NCBI GenBank assembly: GCA_963665845.2
Contig: OY762492.1
Coordinates: forward strand, 1,792,001-1,856,000
Origin: Candidatus Poribacteria bacterium
Lineage (GTDB): Bacteria; Poribacteria; WGA-4E; GCA-2687025
Length of the DNA stretch: 64,000 nt
Direction of reading: 5' to 3'
This document shows positions 54,457 to 64,000 of this stretch, one piece after another. The first letter of the stretch is position 1; every line of letters starts with the position of its first letter. Under the pieces are notes generated by a model. It did not search any database. It was not told the DNA's origin and saw only the letters and a list, made by a program, of their open reading frames with translations. Position numbers and translations under genes: made by a program.

Positions 54457-54906
54457 ATGCGGGCTGTTGTTCAGCGGGTGTCTCAAGCCAGCGTCTCGGT
54501 TGAGGGGCGGATTGTCGGCAAGATTGAGCGCGGGCTGCTCATACTTCTCGGCGCGGCGCAGAACGACGGGCTGAAGGATGTCCAGTATATGCGCGACAAG
54601 ACGGCGCATCTGCGCGTCTTTCCTGACCATGACGGCAAAATGAGCCTGTCGCTGATCGACATTGCCGGGTCGGCGCTGGTCGTGCCGCAGTTCACATTGC
54701 TGGGCGACGCGCGCAAGGGCAGGCGCCCCAATTTTATGGAGGCTGCCGCCCCCGACGACGCGCTGAACCTGTATCAACAATATGTCGAGGAACTGCGCGG
54801 CATGGAGATACATGTCGAAACGGGGCAATTCGGCGCCATGATGGAGGTGTCGCTCGTCAACGACGGACCGATCACGATCCTGCTCGATTCCGCAAAGCAG
54901 TTTTAA
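54457..54906 (+). CDS. dtd: D-aminoacyl-tRNA deacylase
   Basis: MRAVVQRV, PQFTL, FGAMMEVSLVNDGPIT. Confidence 0.96.
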   Translation: MRAVVQRVSQASVSVEGRIVGKIERGLLILLGAAQNDGLKDVQYMRDKTAHLRVFPDHDGKMSLSLIDIAGSALVVPQFTLLGDARKGRRPNFMEAAAPDDALNLYQQYVEELRGMEIHVETGQFGAMMEVSLVNDGPITILLDSAKQF

Positions 54907-54907
54907 G

Positions 54908-55816
54908 ATGAAGCGGACGAGCCGCTTTGCGGATGAAATCGAAGCGTACCTAAGCTATCTTGAAGCGGAGCGCGGACTCTCCCCGCACACGATCTCCAAC
55001 TATCGGCGCGACCTGACGCAGACCGCCGCCGCCGCCGCTCAATACGGCAGAGGCTCCTTCGCCGAAACGACCTACATCGATCTGCGCCGCTATGTGCAGG
55101 AGCTGAGCGGACGGCTTAGCCCTAAAACGGTCAGCCGTCGTATCTATGCGCTGCGTTCCTTTTACCGTTACCTTGAAAGCGAAGAGGGGCTGAAAAACAA
55201 CCCGGCGCGCAAGCTGGAACCCATCAAGACATGGACGGAGCTGCCGGAGGTTTTGACGCCGGAAGAGGTCGCGCGGATGATCGACGCTTGCGGAAACGAC
55301 GCGGGCGACCTTTACAACTTTCGGGCGCGCGTCGTCATCGAAACGCTCTACGCGACAGGGCTGCGCGTCTCGGAGCTGGTCGGGTTGAAGATGGAGGACG
55401 CGCGTCTGGAAAGCGATTATCTGCGCTGCACGGGCAAGGGCGGAAAGCAGCGGCTCGCCCCGATCGGCGGATGCGCGGCGGAAGCGCTGCGCCGATGGAT
55501 CAACGAAACGCGGCAGAAGCTGCTCAACGGGGCGGAAAGTCCATGGCTGCTCGTCACGCGCGGGGGCGGACAGATGCGGCGTCGGCAGATCTGGCTCATC
55601 GTCAAAAACGCGGCAAAAAAGGCGGGCATACAGCGCCCCGCCTCGCCCCATACGCTGCGCCACTCCTTCGCAACGCACCTGCTGGAAAACGGGATGGATC
55701 TGCGCGTCCTGCAGGAGATACTGGGGCATGACCGCATCACAACGACGCAGCTGTACACGCGCGTAGAAACGGAGCGGCTTCGACAGGCGCACCGCGATTT
55801 TCATTTGCGCGGCTGA
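54908..55816 (+). CDS. xerD: Site-specific tyrosine recombinase XerD
   Basis: ERGLSPHT, LYATGLRVSEL, GKGGKQR, SPHTLRHSFATHLL, LGH...TTQLYT. Confidence 0.88.
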   Translation: MKRTSRFADEIEAYLSYLEAERGLSPHTISNYRRDLTQTAAAAAQYGRGSFAETTYIDLRRYVQELSGRLSPKTVSRRIYALRSFYRYLESEEGLKNNPARKLEPIKTWTELPEVLTPEEVARMIDACGNDAGDLYNFRARVVIETLYATGLRVSELVGLKMEDARLESDYLRCTGKGGKQRLAPIGGCAAEALRRWINETRQKLLNGAESPWLLVTRGGGQMRRRQIWLIVKNAAKKAGIQRPASPHTLRHSFATHLLENGMDLRVLQEILGHDRITTTQLYTRVETERLRQAHRDFHLRG

Positions 55817-55831
55817 ACGCCCGCCCTCGTC

Positions 55832-56896
55832 TTACTCCTCTTCCTCGTTTCTTTCGTCGTCATTTCCGCGCTCATCGCTGGAATCTAGCGCATCGGTCTT
55901 CTCCTGGCTCTCTGATTTGCCGGACGCCTCTTCCTTCATGAACTCTTCCCTCACCCCAGCTTTCTTTACACCCAGCCTGACGATTAACAATACCGAAAAC
56001 ACACCAACAATCTCGATGGCGACGGGCGCTGAATTAATCAGCGCATGGATCAAGGATGTCATCCAAAAAGCCCTCCAGAAAGAGACGCGCCGCCAATGGA
56101 CATAGACAAACGCAAAATAGAAGCCTGCTATTCCTGAAGAAATGCCGCGCCCAACAGAGAGGACAAAATGCGCAAGCGCAAACAGAATCATCGATACAAT
56201 GACCTGCGTTCCAAAAGACGCGCCTGCTAAGCTCAGCAACGCGATTGGAATCGCCTGGTATATCAGCGTTTCCTCAATGGGGGCATGTACGACGATGCGT
56301 CCGAATCTACGAGAGATCACATTTAAAAATCTTTTCAACGCTTCGCCGGCAGGGGCGCCTACCACTTGCTTAAGATCTTCAGACAATCTGGATTTATGAG
56401 CAGTTCTTATCTGATGAACGTCATCTTTTATATTATCTTTTGTCCAACCAAGTTTAAAGATCTTGTCGAAGATAGCGATTGCGATGGATACCCCAATCTT
56501 GGCGAGAAAGAGTTCCAGCGCAACGCGCCAGCAAAATGTCCAAGGGTCGGGCAGCGTTTCATGCCGCCGAAGCCACCCAACCGTCCATTCAAACGAGTCG
56601 GCTCCTAGGAGCAGACCCAGCGCCGCCGCCCCGACAGCAATCAGCGCCCATTTCCAGCGCCTCAACCGTAATTTGTAGTTGTGCAGAGTTTGCTCTGTTA
56701 TTACCGTAGGGATGATTGCGCATGATACTGCGAACGCATAAAACCCCGTCCACCCGACATATCTGCCGAGCAAGCCGAACGTCAACCCGCCCAGCAGCGC
56801 CGCCGCCCAGAGCAGAATCTGTCGGCGGGGATTGGGGCGTTCGTTCTGCGCGTCGTTGGTTTCTTTCTCGGTCGCGCCGTTTGCCTCTTCAGTCAT
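55832..56896 (-). CDS. CPBP (CAAX/Abi-like) intramembrane protease family protein
   Basis: APIEETLIYQ, LFALAHF, LIHALIN; multiple TM helices. Confidence 0.75.
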   Translation of the reverse strand: MTEEANGATEKETNDAQNERPNPRRQILLWAAALLGGLTFGLLGRYVGWTGFYAFAVSCAIIPTVITEQTLHNYKLRLRRWKWALIAVGAAALGLLLGADSFEWTVGWLRRHETLPDPWTFCWRVALELFLAKIGVSIAIAIFDKIFKLGWTKDNIKDDVHQIRTAHKSRLSEDLKQVVGAPAGEALKRFLNVISRRFGRIVVHAPIEETLIYQAIPIALLSLAGASFGTQVIVSMILFALAHFVLSVGRGISSGIAGFYFAFVYVHWRRVSFWRAFWMTSLIHALINSAPVAIEIVGVFSVLLIVRLGVKKAGVREEFMKEEASGKSESQEKTDALDSSDERGNDDERNEEEE

Positions 56897-57716
56897 CGCC
56901 ATCCTCACTCTCATGCCGCTCTTTCTTCTTCTTTATCGAGTCGAATAACTTTTTCAGCATTGCCGGCGGGATGTTTCCAAGCGAGTGGGAAAGAGCCGTT
57001 ATCCAGAACGCCTTTCTAAAGGAAAACTGCAGCCAGTAGGCGTAGGTATAACCGAAATACACGCCGCCGATATTTCCAGCGGCTAAGCCTGATCCGATGG
57101 AATTCGTATAATGGGCAAGCGCGAACAGCGCGGCGGAAGCGGCAACCTGCGTTCCAAACGACGCGCCGATCCAGCTCAGCAACCCGATCGGAATCGCTTG
57201 GAAAATCATCGTTTCTAGTGTCGGCGCGAGGAATACATAATCGGGGAGAGTGGGATGGATGTCGGGCTGTTTGTTCTTCATCCAACCGAGTTTGTATTTC
57301 ATGTCGATGACGCTGAACAGAACGGCAGCCGCTATGGAAACAATCATATTCTCCAATGCGATGCGCCAGCAGAATGCCCAAGGCGGATGAACCTCATAGC
57401 GGCGCAGCCAGCCGACGAGCCACTCAAACGCATCAGGCCCTTCAAGAATGCCCAGCGCCGCTGTTGCAACGGCGATCAACCCCCATTTCCAGCGCTTCAG
57501 TAAGAAGAGCAGAGATTCCCCGCGCGCATTCACTATCCTTGCCGCATAATACAATGCGGCCGTCGCCCAGAAGGGCGTCCAGTTAACAATCCCAACGAAC
57601 GCCGCCAACGCCGCAGCAGCCGCTATCGGCGCCGCGATCCATGAAAGCGTTCGGCGCCGTTTTTTGGCGCGTTCGTCCTGCGCCTCTTTCTTTTCTTCAA
57701 CTTTGCCTTCGCTCAT
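56889..57716 (-). CDS. CPBP family protein (tandem paralogue)
   Basis: APTLETMIFQ, LFALAHY, SHSLGN; shares RWKW.LIAV and FEW.VGWLRR.E...PW.FCWR.ALE with the neighbour. Confidence 0.72.
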   Translation of the reverse strand: MSEGKVEEKKEAQDERAKKRRRTLSWIAAPIAAAAALAAFVGIVNWTPFWATAALYYAARIVNARGESLLFLLKRWKWGLIAVATAALGILEGPDAFEWLVGWLRRYEVHPPWAFCWRIALENMIVSIAAAVLFSVIDMKYKLGWMKNKQPDIHPTLPDYVFLAPTLETMIFQAIPIGLLSWIGASFGTQVAASAALFALAHYTNSIGSGLAAGNIGGVYFGYTYAYWLQFSFRKAFWITALSHSLGNIPPAMLKKLFDSIKKKKERHESEDGDD

Positions 57717-57802
57717 TTCCTCCAACTCTATGCATAGAACGCGATATGACAACTTTAAAATATCATAATTGACTTTTCGAATTAGTGCAACCTCGGATCG
57801 TT

Positions 57803-57832
57803 CCCCCCTTGAAAAGGGGGGCTAGGGGGGTT
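57803..57832. repeat. C/G hairpin repeat
   Basis: CCCCCCTTGAAAAGGGGGGCTAGGGGGGTT, identical to 20449-20478. Confidence 0.85.
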
Positions 57833-57848
57833 TAAGGGGGTGAATACA

Positions 57849-58016
57849 CTGACCTCATGCATAAAGTAGGGACATTTAAACCGACAATCGCTTTATTCAT
57901 GGGAAAAAGGCGCGGCCAACCAAACCGTCATTCCCGCGCAAGCGGGAATCCAGAGTCTACCCCGAAACCGTCCGCGTTCACAACCAGAATTGTCCCGACT
58001 CTAAGGGTGAGGTCAG
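57849..58016. mobile_element. 168-bp MITE-like element (family B), inverted relative to the 22196 copy
   Basis: CTGACCTCA...GGGACA / TGTCCC...TGAGGTCAG TIRs; perfect AATACA duplication at 57843-57848 and 58017-58022; internal REP at 57927-57950. Confidence 0.85.
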
Positions 58017-58088
58017 AATACAGACTTGACGAATCCGTCTGAATCGCGCATACCATAACGCATGCAGGAGCCGAAGAGGCGGGGGAAG

Positions 58089-59924
58089 ATGAGCGCGCGA
58101 TGCTATTTCAAGCTGCGTCAAAACATCGTTCTGGAAGGCGACGTTGTATTAGCGAAGATGGAGCTTCAGGCGCTGACCGCCGCGCGCCTGACGCCCATCG
58201 AGTCGGCGGACGCCGTCTGCAGGCGTATCCCTTCCGCCGCGCATTTGAGGGGGCTGTCGCACCCCGCCTCCCATGTTCGTTCATCGGGCGTTTTAGGTTT
58301 TTGGGCGGATGTCGAAGCGGCGCGTTTGCCGGATCTGGTCAACAGCCTCAGCTTTGTTGAGCGGATCTATGCCGAGTTTGGCGACGCGCGCGCCGCCAAA
58401 AGCTGCTTCGATCTTCTTGAGCGGCGCTGCCCTCGGTTGTGCCGTTTGCGCTCGTCATCGGGAGACGGCTGTTTGATTGAGGCGGTTGCGCGATTCGCCT
58501 TCTTGGAGCTGTCCAGGACGGCGCTCAAGCGCGCCGAGTCGATCTCGGAGGTGAAAGAGAATCTAGGCGCGCTGCTGGACGGCCTCTTTCATATCGGCGA
58601 CGAGGGCGGAAACCCGTTTGGCAGGCGCCTCGCCGTTGAAGCGCTGCGCGCCAAGAACACGTCCGCGTTTCTGTCGCATGACCTACATTATTACAAGGCA
58701 AAGTTTTTTCCGCGAATGGCGCGCTCGCTTCTCAACATCGGACGGGCGGCGGTCGGGCGCGCGCGTCCGTTTGCGTTCGACAACTTTGTCGGCAGCGGCA
58801 CGACGCTTTTGGAAGCGGCGACGCTGGGGCTTGAAAGCGCCGGGGCGGACATCGACCCGCTCTCCGCGCTCATCTCCCGCGCCAAGATCGAAGCGCTGGA
58901 ACATTCAAGCCGCCGTCTCAATGCGGCGGTCGGAGCGGTCGTTTCCGAGTTAGAAGCGAGGCGGCGGAAGCAGGGCGTCTTGGGCGGCGGCGCGTCCAGA
59001 AGCGCGGCGTCTGAAACGGAACTGTTTCCCCCATGGCTGTTGAAAAACCGCAAAATGACGGCTGAAGTTTCAAGCGCGCTGGCGAAAGAGATACGGCTGC
59101 TTCAAACGGCTCTTGTCGACCATCCCCCAGAAATGAAGCGGCTGACGCAGGCGCTCGCCTCGGACGCCATCGCGCGCAAGATCAAGATGCGCGTTTTAGG
59201 GACCGGCAGCGGGCGGTTCTCGCTCGCCTTCGGCAAAACGCCGCTCATCGACAGCTTTTCCCGTTCGCTCCGCTGGGCGTCCAAGACGGCTGCCGCCGCT
59301 GAATGGCTGCGCTCCGAGTTGAACATAACGCCGGCCCCGTCGTCCGCGCTTGTTGGGGACGCGCGTCAATTGCCGGTTCGGAGCGGCGCTGTCGACATTG
59401 TTGTTACCTCGCCGCCGTATCTGCCGGCGTCCAGCGGGCGCGAAAGCTACGCGAAGGCGCGAGCCGTCTCGCTTAGGGCGATCGGCGTTTGGAATGTTGA
59501 CGGGCTGATACAAAACTCGGTCGGCAGCATGGAGAGCGGGCAAACTGATCATCATAAGTTGAGCGCGAAGGAGGCGGAGGCGGTCGATTTTCTAAAAAAC
59601 GACGAACTGCGGCGCGTCAAAGCGCTCCCGACAGCGCGGTATTTCATGGACATGCGGGCGTCGTTCCGAGAGATGTTTCGCGTTATGAGGCAGGGCGGGT
59701 TTGCCGCTGTTGTGAGCGCGAAGCAGAACGCCTTTTACCGTTTTGCAACGCGCGAACTGTTATACGCGGTTCCGTCCGCCGAATTGCTGGCGGAATCTGC
59801 GCAGGAGGCGGGCTTTCAGCTGGAGCGGCTTCTGGATGTTCAGCTGAAAAAGTCGAATCGAAACGCGCGTCCGCGGTCTTTGGACGACTATTTTGAAACG
59901 GTCATTATGCTGCGGAAGCCTTGA
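58089..59924 (+). CDS. SAM-dependent amino-methyltransferase (probable N4C/N6A DNA methylase)
   Basis: HDLHYYKAKFFP, DNFVGSGTT (motif I) preceding VTSPPY (motif IV); start at 58089 or 58062. Confidence 0.75.
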   Translation: MSARCYFKLRQNIVLEGDVVLAKMELQALTAARLTPIESADAVCRRIPSAAHLRGLSHPASHVRSSGVLGFWADVEAARLPDLVNSLSFVERIYAEFGDARAAKSCFDLLERRCPRLCRLRSSSGDGCLIEAVARFAFLELSRTALKRAESISEVKENLGALLDGLFHIGDEGGNPFGRRLAVEALRAKNTSAFLSHDLHYYKAKFFPRMARSLLNIGRAAVGRARPFAFDNFVGSGTTLLEAATLGLESAGADIDPLSALISRAKIEALEHSSRRLNAAVGAVVSELEARRRKQGVLGGGASRSAASETELFPPWLLKNRKMTAEVSSALAKEIRLLQTALVDHPPEMKRLTQALASDAIARKIKMRVLGTGSGRFSLAFGKTPLIDSFSRSLRWASKTAAAAEWLRSELNITPAPSSALVGDARQLPVRSGAVDIVVTSPPYLPASSGRESYAKARAVSLRAIGVWNVDGLIQNSVGSMESGQTDHHKLSAKEAEAVDFLKNDELRRVKALPTARYFMDMRASFREMFRVMRQGGFAAVVSAKQNAFYRFATRELLYAVPSAELLAESAQEAGFQLERLLDVQLKKSNRNARPRSLDDYFETVIMLRKP

Positions 59925-59958
59925 GGCGATGGCGTTGCGCGAAGACAGAACGCTTTAA

Positions 59959-60006
59959 GATTCCCGCGCGTTACGTTTTACCGCAAGGGGCAAGGGCGAG
60001 AATGAC
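59959..60006 (+). repeat. 48-bp expanded REP variant, copy 1
   Basis: GATTCCCGCGCGTTACGTTTTACCGCAAGGGGCAAGGGCGAGAATGAC; one mismatch to 62170-62217. Confidence 0.9.
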
Positions 60007-60045
60007 GCCCTGCAAAAGTCAGGGCGAAGCGAAGGTTGAGCAGAT

Positions 60046-61137
60046 TCATTCGGTCTCCTCTTGGTTGATGCCATCCTCGCCGACGGGGCGCGCCTTCAAC
60101 GGAGCCCAGAAGGACGGAAGCCGACCCGACGGACTGACCGACAGCCAGCGGCCCCGACCCGCCAAAACCCAGGTCGCGCTGTTCCCGCCCGGCTGCCCAT
60201 GCGTCATGCGCACCATCTCCTTCGTCTCCACATGGATGCGGTAGAGGTCCCAAGGGATGCCCGAATCATACAGCCCCGCTGTAAACGCAATCCATTTGCC
60301 GTCCGGAGACCATGTCGGCATATAGTCCCATTCGGCGCTGCGCGTCAAACGCTCCAGGTTGGAACCGTCCGCGTCCATCACAAACAGATCGTAATGCGGA
60401 AATTCGGTGTCCATGTCCGATATGAACGCGATACGCTTCCCGTCAGGAGACCAGTCAGGCTGCTGATCATGGAACTCAGGGCTGTTTGTCAGGTTGACGC
60501 GGTTCTTTCCGTTCGCGTCCATCACATAGATGTCGCTGATCGTGTCCGCCTTCGGCGCCGCGGCGAACACAATCCTGTCTTCCACAGGAGACCAAGAGGG
60601 CGATTCATTTCTCCTCTCTTTGGATCTTGTCAGGTTGACCAGCCGCCCCGTCGAGATATTCAGTTTATACACATCAATCCCGGCGACGGCTCCTGCCCAC
60701 GTGAAGCCTTCAAGAACGAGCCATTTTCCATCCCTTGACCATTTTGGATGATGAAAGTTCATTTCAGGGCCGTGATCGGGCGTCACCTCAAGGGCGCGCC
60801 GCGCGTCAATATCATAGACAAAAGTTCGATACTCGTTTCTTGTGTAAGCGACAGCCGCAAAGCGTTTGCCGTCAAAGCTCGATTCCACTACGATGAAATG
60901 CATGGACGGGTCCCACATATAAGACCGGTCGTTCTTCCCGTCCCAATCAACCAAGCGGAGACCCATGGCGCCGTTCACTGGGTCTCCGCTATACAGTATG
61001 GTTGGTTTTTGAATCTCTCGGATGTCCTCCTCAGGTTGAGGGAAGAAACCAGGAGCAGCGTCAACGTTCGATTGAGAAGCGAACATCAGAACTGCAACGG
61101 TCAAAGCAATCCGAAGGTTGAGCAGGAATAGAGTCAT
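60046..61137 (-). CDS. Secreted TolB-like/PD40 beta-propeller protein, copy 4
   Basis: Signal peptide; IQKPTI...LVDWDGKN N-terminus and WVLAG..R.LSV.P.G tail shared with copies 1-3; RBS AAAGGAG. Confidence 0.85.
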   Translation of the reverse strand: MTLFLLNLRIALTVAVLMFASQSNVDAAPGFFPQPEEDIREIQKPTILYSGDPVNGAMGLRLVDWDGKNDRSYMWDPSMHFIVVESSFDGKRFAAVAYTRNEYRTFVYDIDARRALEVTPDHGPEMNFHHPKWSRDGKWLVLEGFTWAGAVAGIDVYKLNISTGRLVNLTRSKERRNESPSWSPVEDRIVFAAAPKADTISDIYVMDANGKNRVNLTNSPEFHDQQPDWSPDGKRIAFISDMDTEFPHYDLFVMDADGSNLERLTRSAEWDYMPTWSPDGKWIAFTAGLYDSGIPWDLYRIHVETKEMVRMTHGQPGGNSATWVLAGRGRWLSVSPSGRLPSFWAPLKARPVGEDGINQEETE

Positions 61138-61212
61138 TTCGATCTCCTTTCGGTTGAGGTTGTCCGCCCGCGCCGCCTAAGTTTGGCAGCGCGGACGACA
61201 GCTGCGTCAGTA

Positions 61213-61927
61213 TTACTCGCCTTTGTTGGGCAGCGCATCCTTGGCATCGCCTTCCGGATAGTTGCTCGCCTCCCCGACTGTTCTCGGCGCGCCGTGACGC
61301 GGCCAAAGCGGCCCCGACCGACTCCGCGGATAGGTAACCGCCCCATTCCTTGTCCTGTTGTCAAACTGCCCTCCGGTGATGCTGGTGTATGCCTCAACGG
61401 CATAGAAAAAGCTTTTTTCCAACGTGCAATCCTGCGTCAATGAGAACGCTGTCGAGCCTGAAAACACTGGACAAAACCGCAAGTCTGGCTTTTCTTCTGT
61501 GTGGGCGTCCTGGACCAGAAGCCAATTATTTGGATCGTTTCCAGCTGCGAGGTCAAGGTTCGGGTCCCATTCCTTTCGCAACCATATCGCTTTGCCTTTC
61601 ACTTCTCGGTACAGGTCTTTCCTGTTGTCGTTGTAGAAGCCGACCGTATGGCTTGTCGAAAGGCGAAATGCGCTCCCGCCGAGCGCCGTGACGCTGTTGA
61701 CGCGCGCTGTTACGAACCGCCACATCAGCCCCAGATCCGCCCAGAACGTGATGATCTCTGTTTCGATGTCGGTATCGTCGAGAGGAAAAGCCGCCGCTGC
61801 CGCTTCAGACGAGTTCGGAGACAGGCTCAATGCGCTAGCCAACCCAATCGATTTTGAAAGCGTCGGCGCTGGTTGCCGCAGCCGCCATCGCGCCGAGAAT
61901 GAGAGCGAATCGAGCCGTTCGTTTCAT
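61213..61927 (-). pseudogene. Hypothetical secreted protein with an apparent frameshift near the 5' end
   Basis: ATG 61927 (RBS GGAGGG) reads MKRTARFALILGAMAAAATSADAFKIDWVG then TAG; the 209-aa body (61842-61213) lies in the +1 frame. Confidence 0.6.
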
Positions 61928-61962
61928 TTCGTCCCTCCGTTTTTGAGTGTGAAGCCTGTATA

Positions 61963-61978
61963 AGCAAGAACCGTGCCA
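61963..61978 (-). promoter_or_regulatory. sigma54 (-24/-12) promoter
   Basis: Minus strand TGGCAC-GGTTC-TTGCT, a full consensus match 35 bp upstream of ATG 61927. Confidence 0.8.
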
Positions 61979-62027
61979 ACGCTAAAGGCGCCTTATGCGC
62001 CCAATTTGGAACATGCGGGCGCGGAAC

Positions 62028-62065
62028 TGTCCAAAATTTGACCAGCGCTGTATCAAAAATGGACA
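62028..62065. promoter_or_regulatory. Paired 17-bp TGT-N11-ACA-like sites, putative enhancer-binding-protein UAS
   Basis: TGTCCAAAATTTGACCA (62028-62044) and TGTATCAAAAATGGACA (62049-62065), 21 bp apart, upstream of the sigma54 promoter. Confidence 0.55.
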
Positions 62066-62105
62066 ATCTCGGCGGACAAGCCCGCCCGTCTAAATGAACG
62101 CAGGA

Positions 62106-62217
62106 CAGATTTTACGTCTTTATAGGACATGCCGGCATATGCGAACGCGGACGGTTTATGGGGACTTTGGATTCCCGCGCGTTACGTTTTACCGCAAGGG
62201 GCAAGGGCGGGAATGAC
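62106..62217. repeat. Degenerate family-B left half ending in the 48-bp REP variant, copy 2
   Basis: CAGATTTTACGTCTTTATAGGACA, GAACGCGGACGGTTT, then the 62170-62217 repeat. Confidence 0.75.
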
Positions 62218-62229
62218 CGCCTGGGTCGG

Positions 62230-64000
<1,771 letters not shown>

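Noticed and set aside
54908-55816. Integrase of a prophage, integron or genomic island
   Set aside because: The sequence is typical of chromosomal XerD, it is coupled to dtd, it lacks the IntI insertion, and no att sites or phage genes were seen.
55832-57716. Abortive-infection system (Abi label)
   Set aside because: The Abi name of the CPBP family is historical; these proteins are membrane proteases, with no direct evidence for defence.

Overview
GC-rich bacterial chromosome segment with about 50 CDS and no rRNA, tRNA, CRISPR array or transposase that I could identify. The gene content suggests Candidatus Poribacteria or a similar sponge symbiont (inference): PhyH dioxygenase plus tandem sulfatases, secreted WD40 proteins with an LPxGAKxRxGxG N-terminal motif, TolB-like propellers ending in a VxPxGK...WG/AxxK tail, and a TPR/FG-GAP/ASPIC protein. 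Housekeeping genes include purC (partial), tlyA, lgt, amtB, surE, an A2-type cytochrome c oxidase operon, trpF, a short family-A DNA polymerase, dtd, xerD and ligA (partial). Most notable: (1) a three-gene array of divergent secreted beta-propellers joined by ~300-bp junction repeats that are ~95% identical, and a related sigma54-type locus at 60-62 kb; both loci are led by an apparently homologous, apparently disrupted gene; (2) two families of short MITE-like elements with TIRs and 8-bp or 6-bp target-site duplications, carrying nested REP-like hairpins; (3) a candidate defence cluster (ABC/AAA ATPase + TOPRIM-like protein + methyltransferase fused to a degenerate HNH); (4) a 1334-aa multiheme cytochrome with one CX4CH motif, a degenerate class III cyclase, and a probable ATC start codon for lgt. 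All calls come from manual motif reading; no searches were run.
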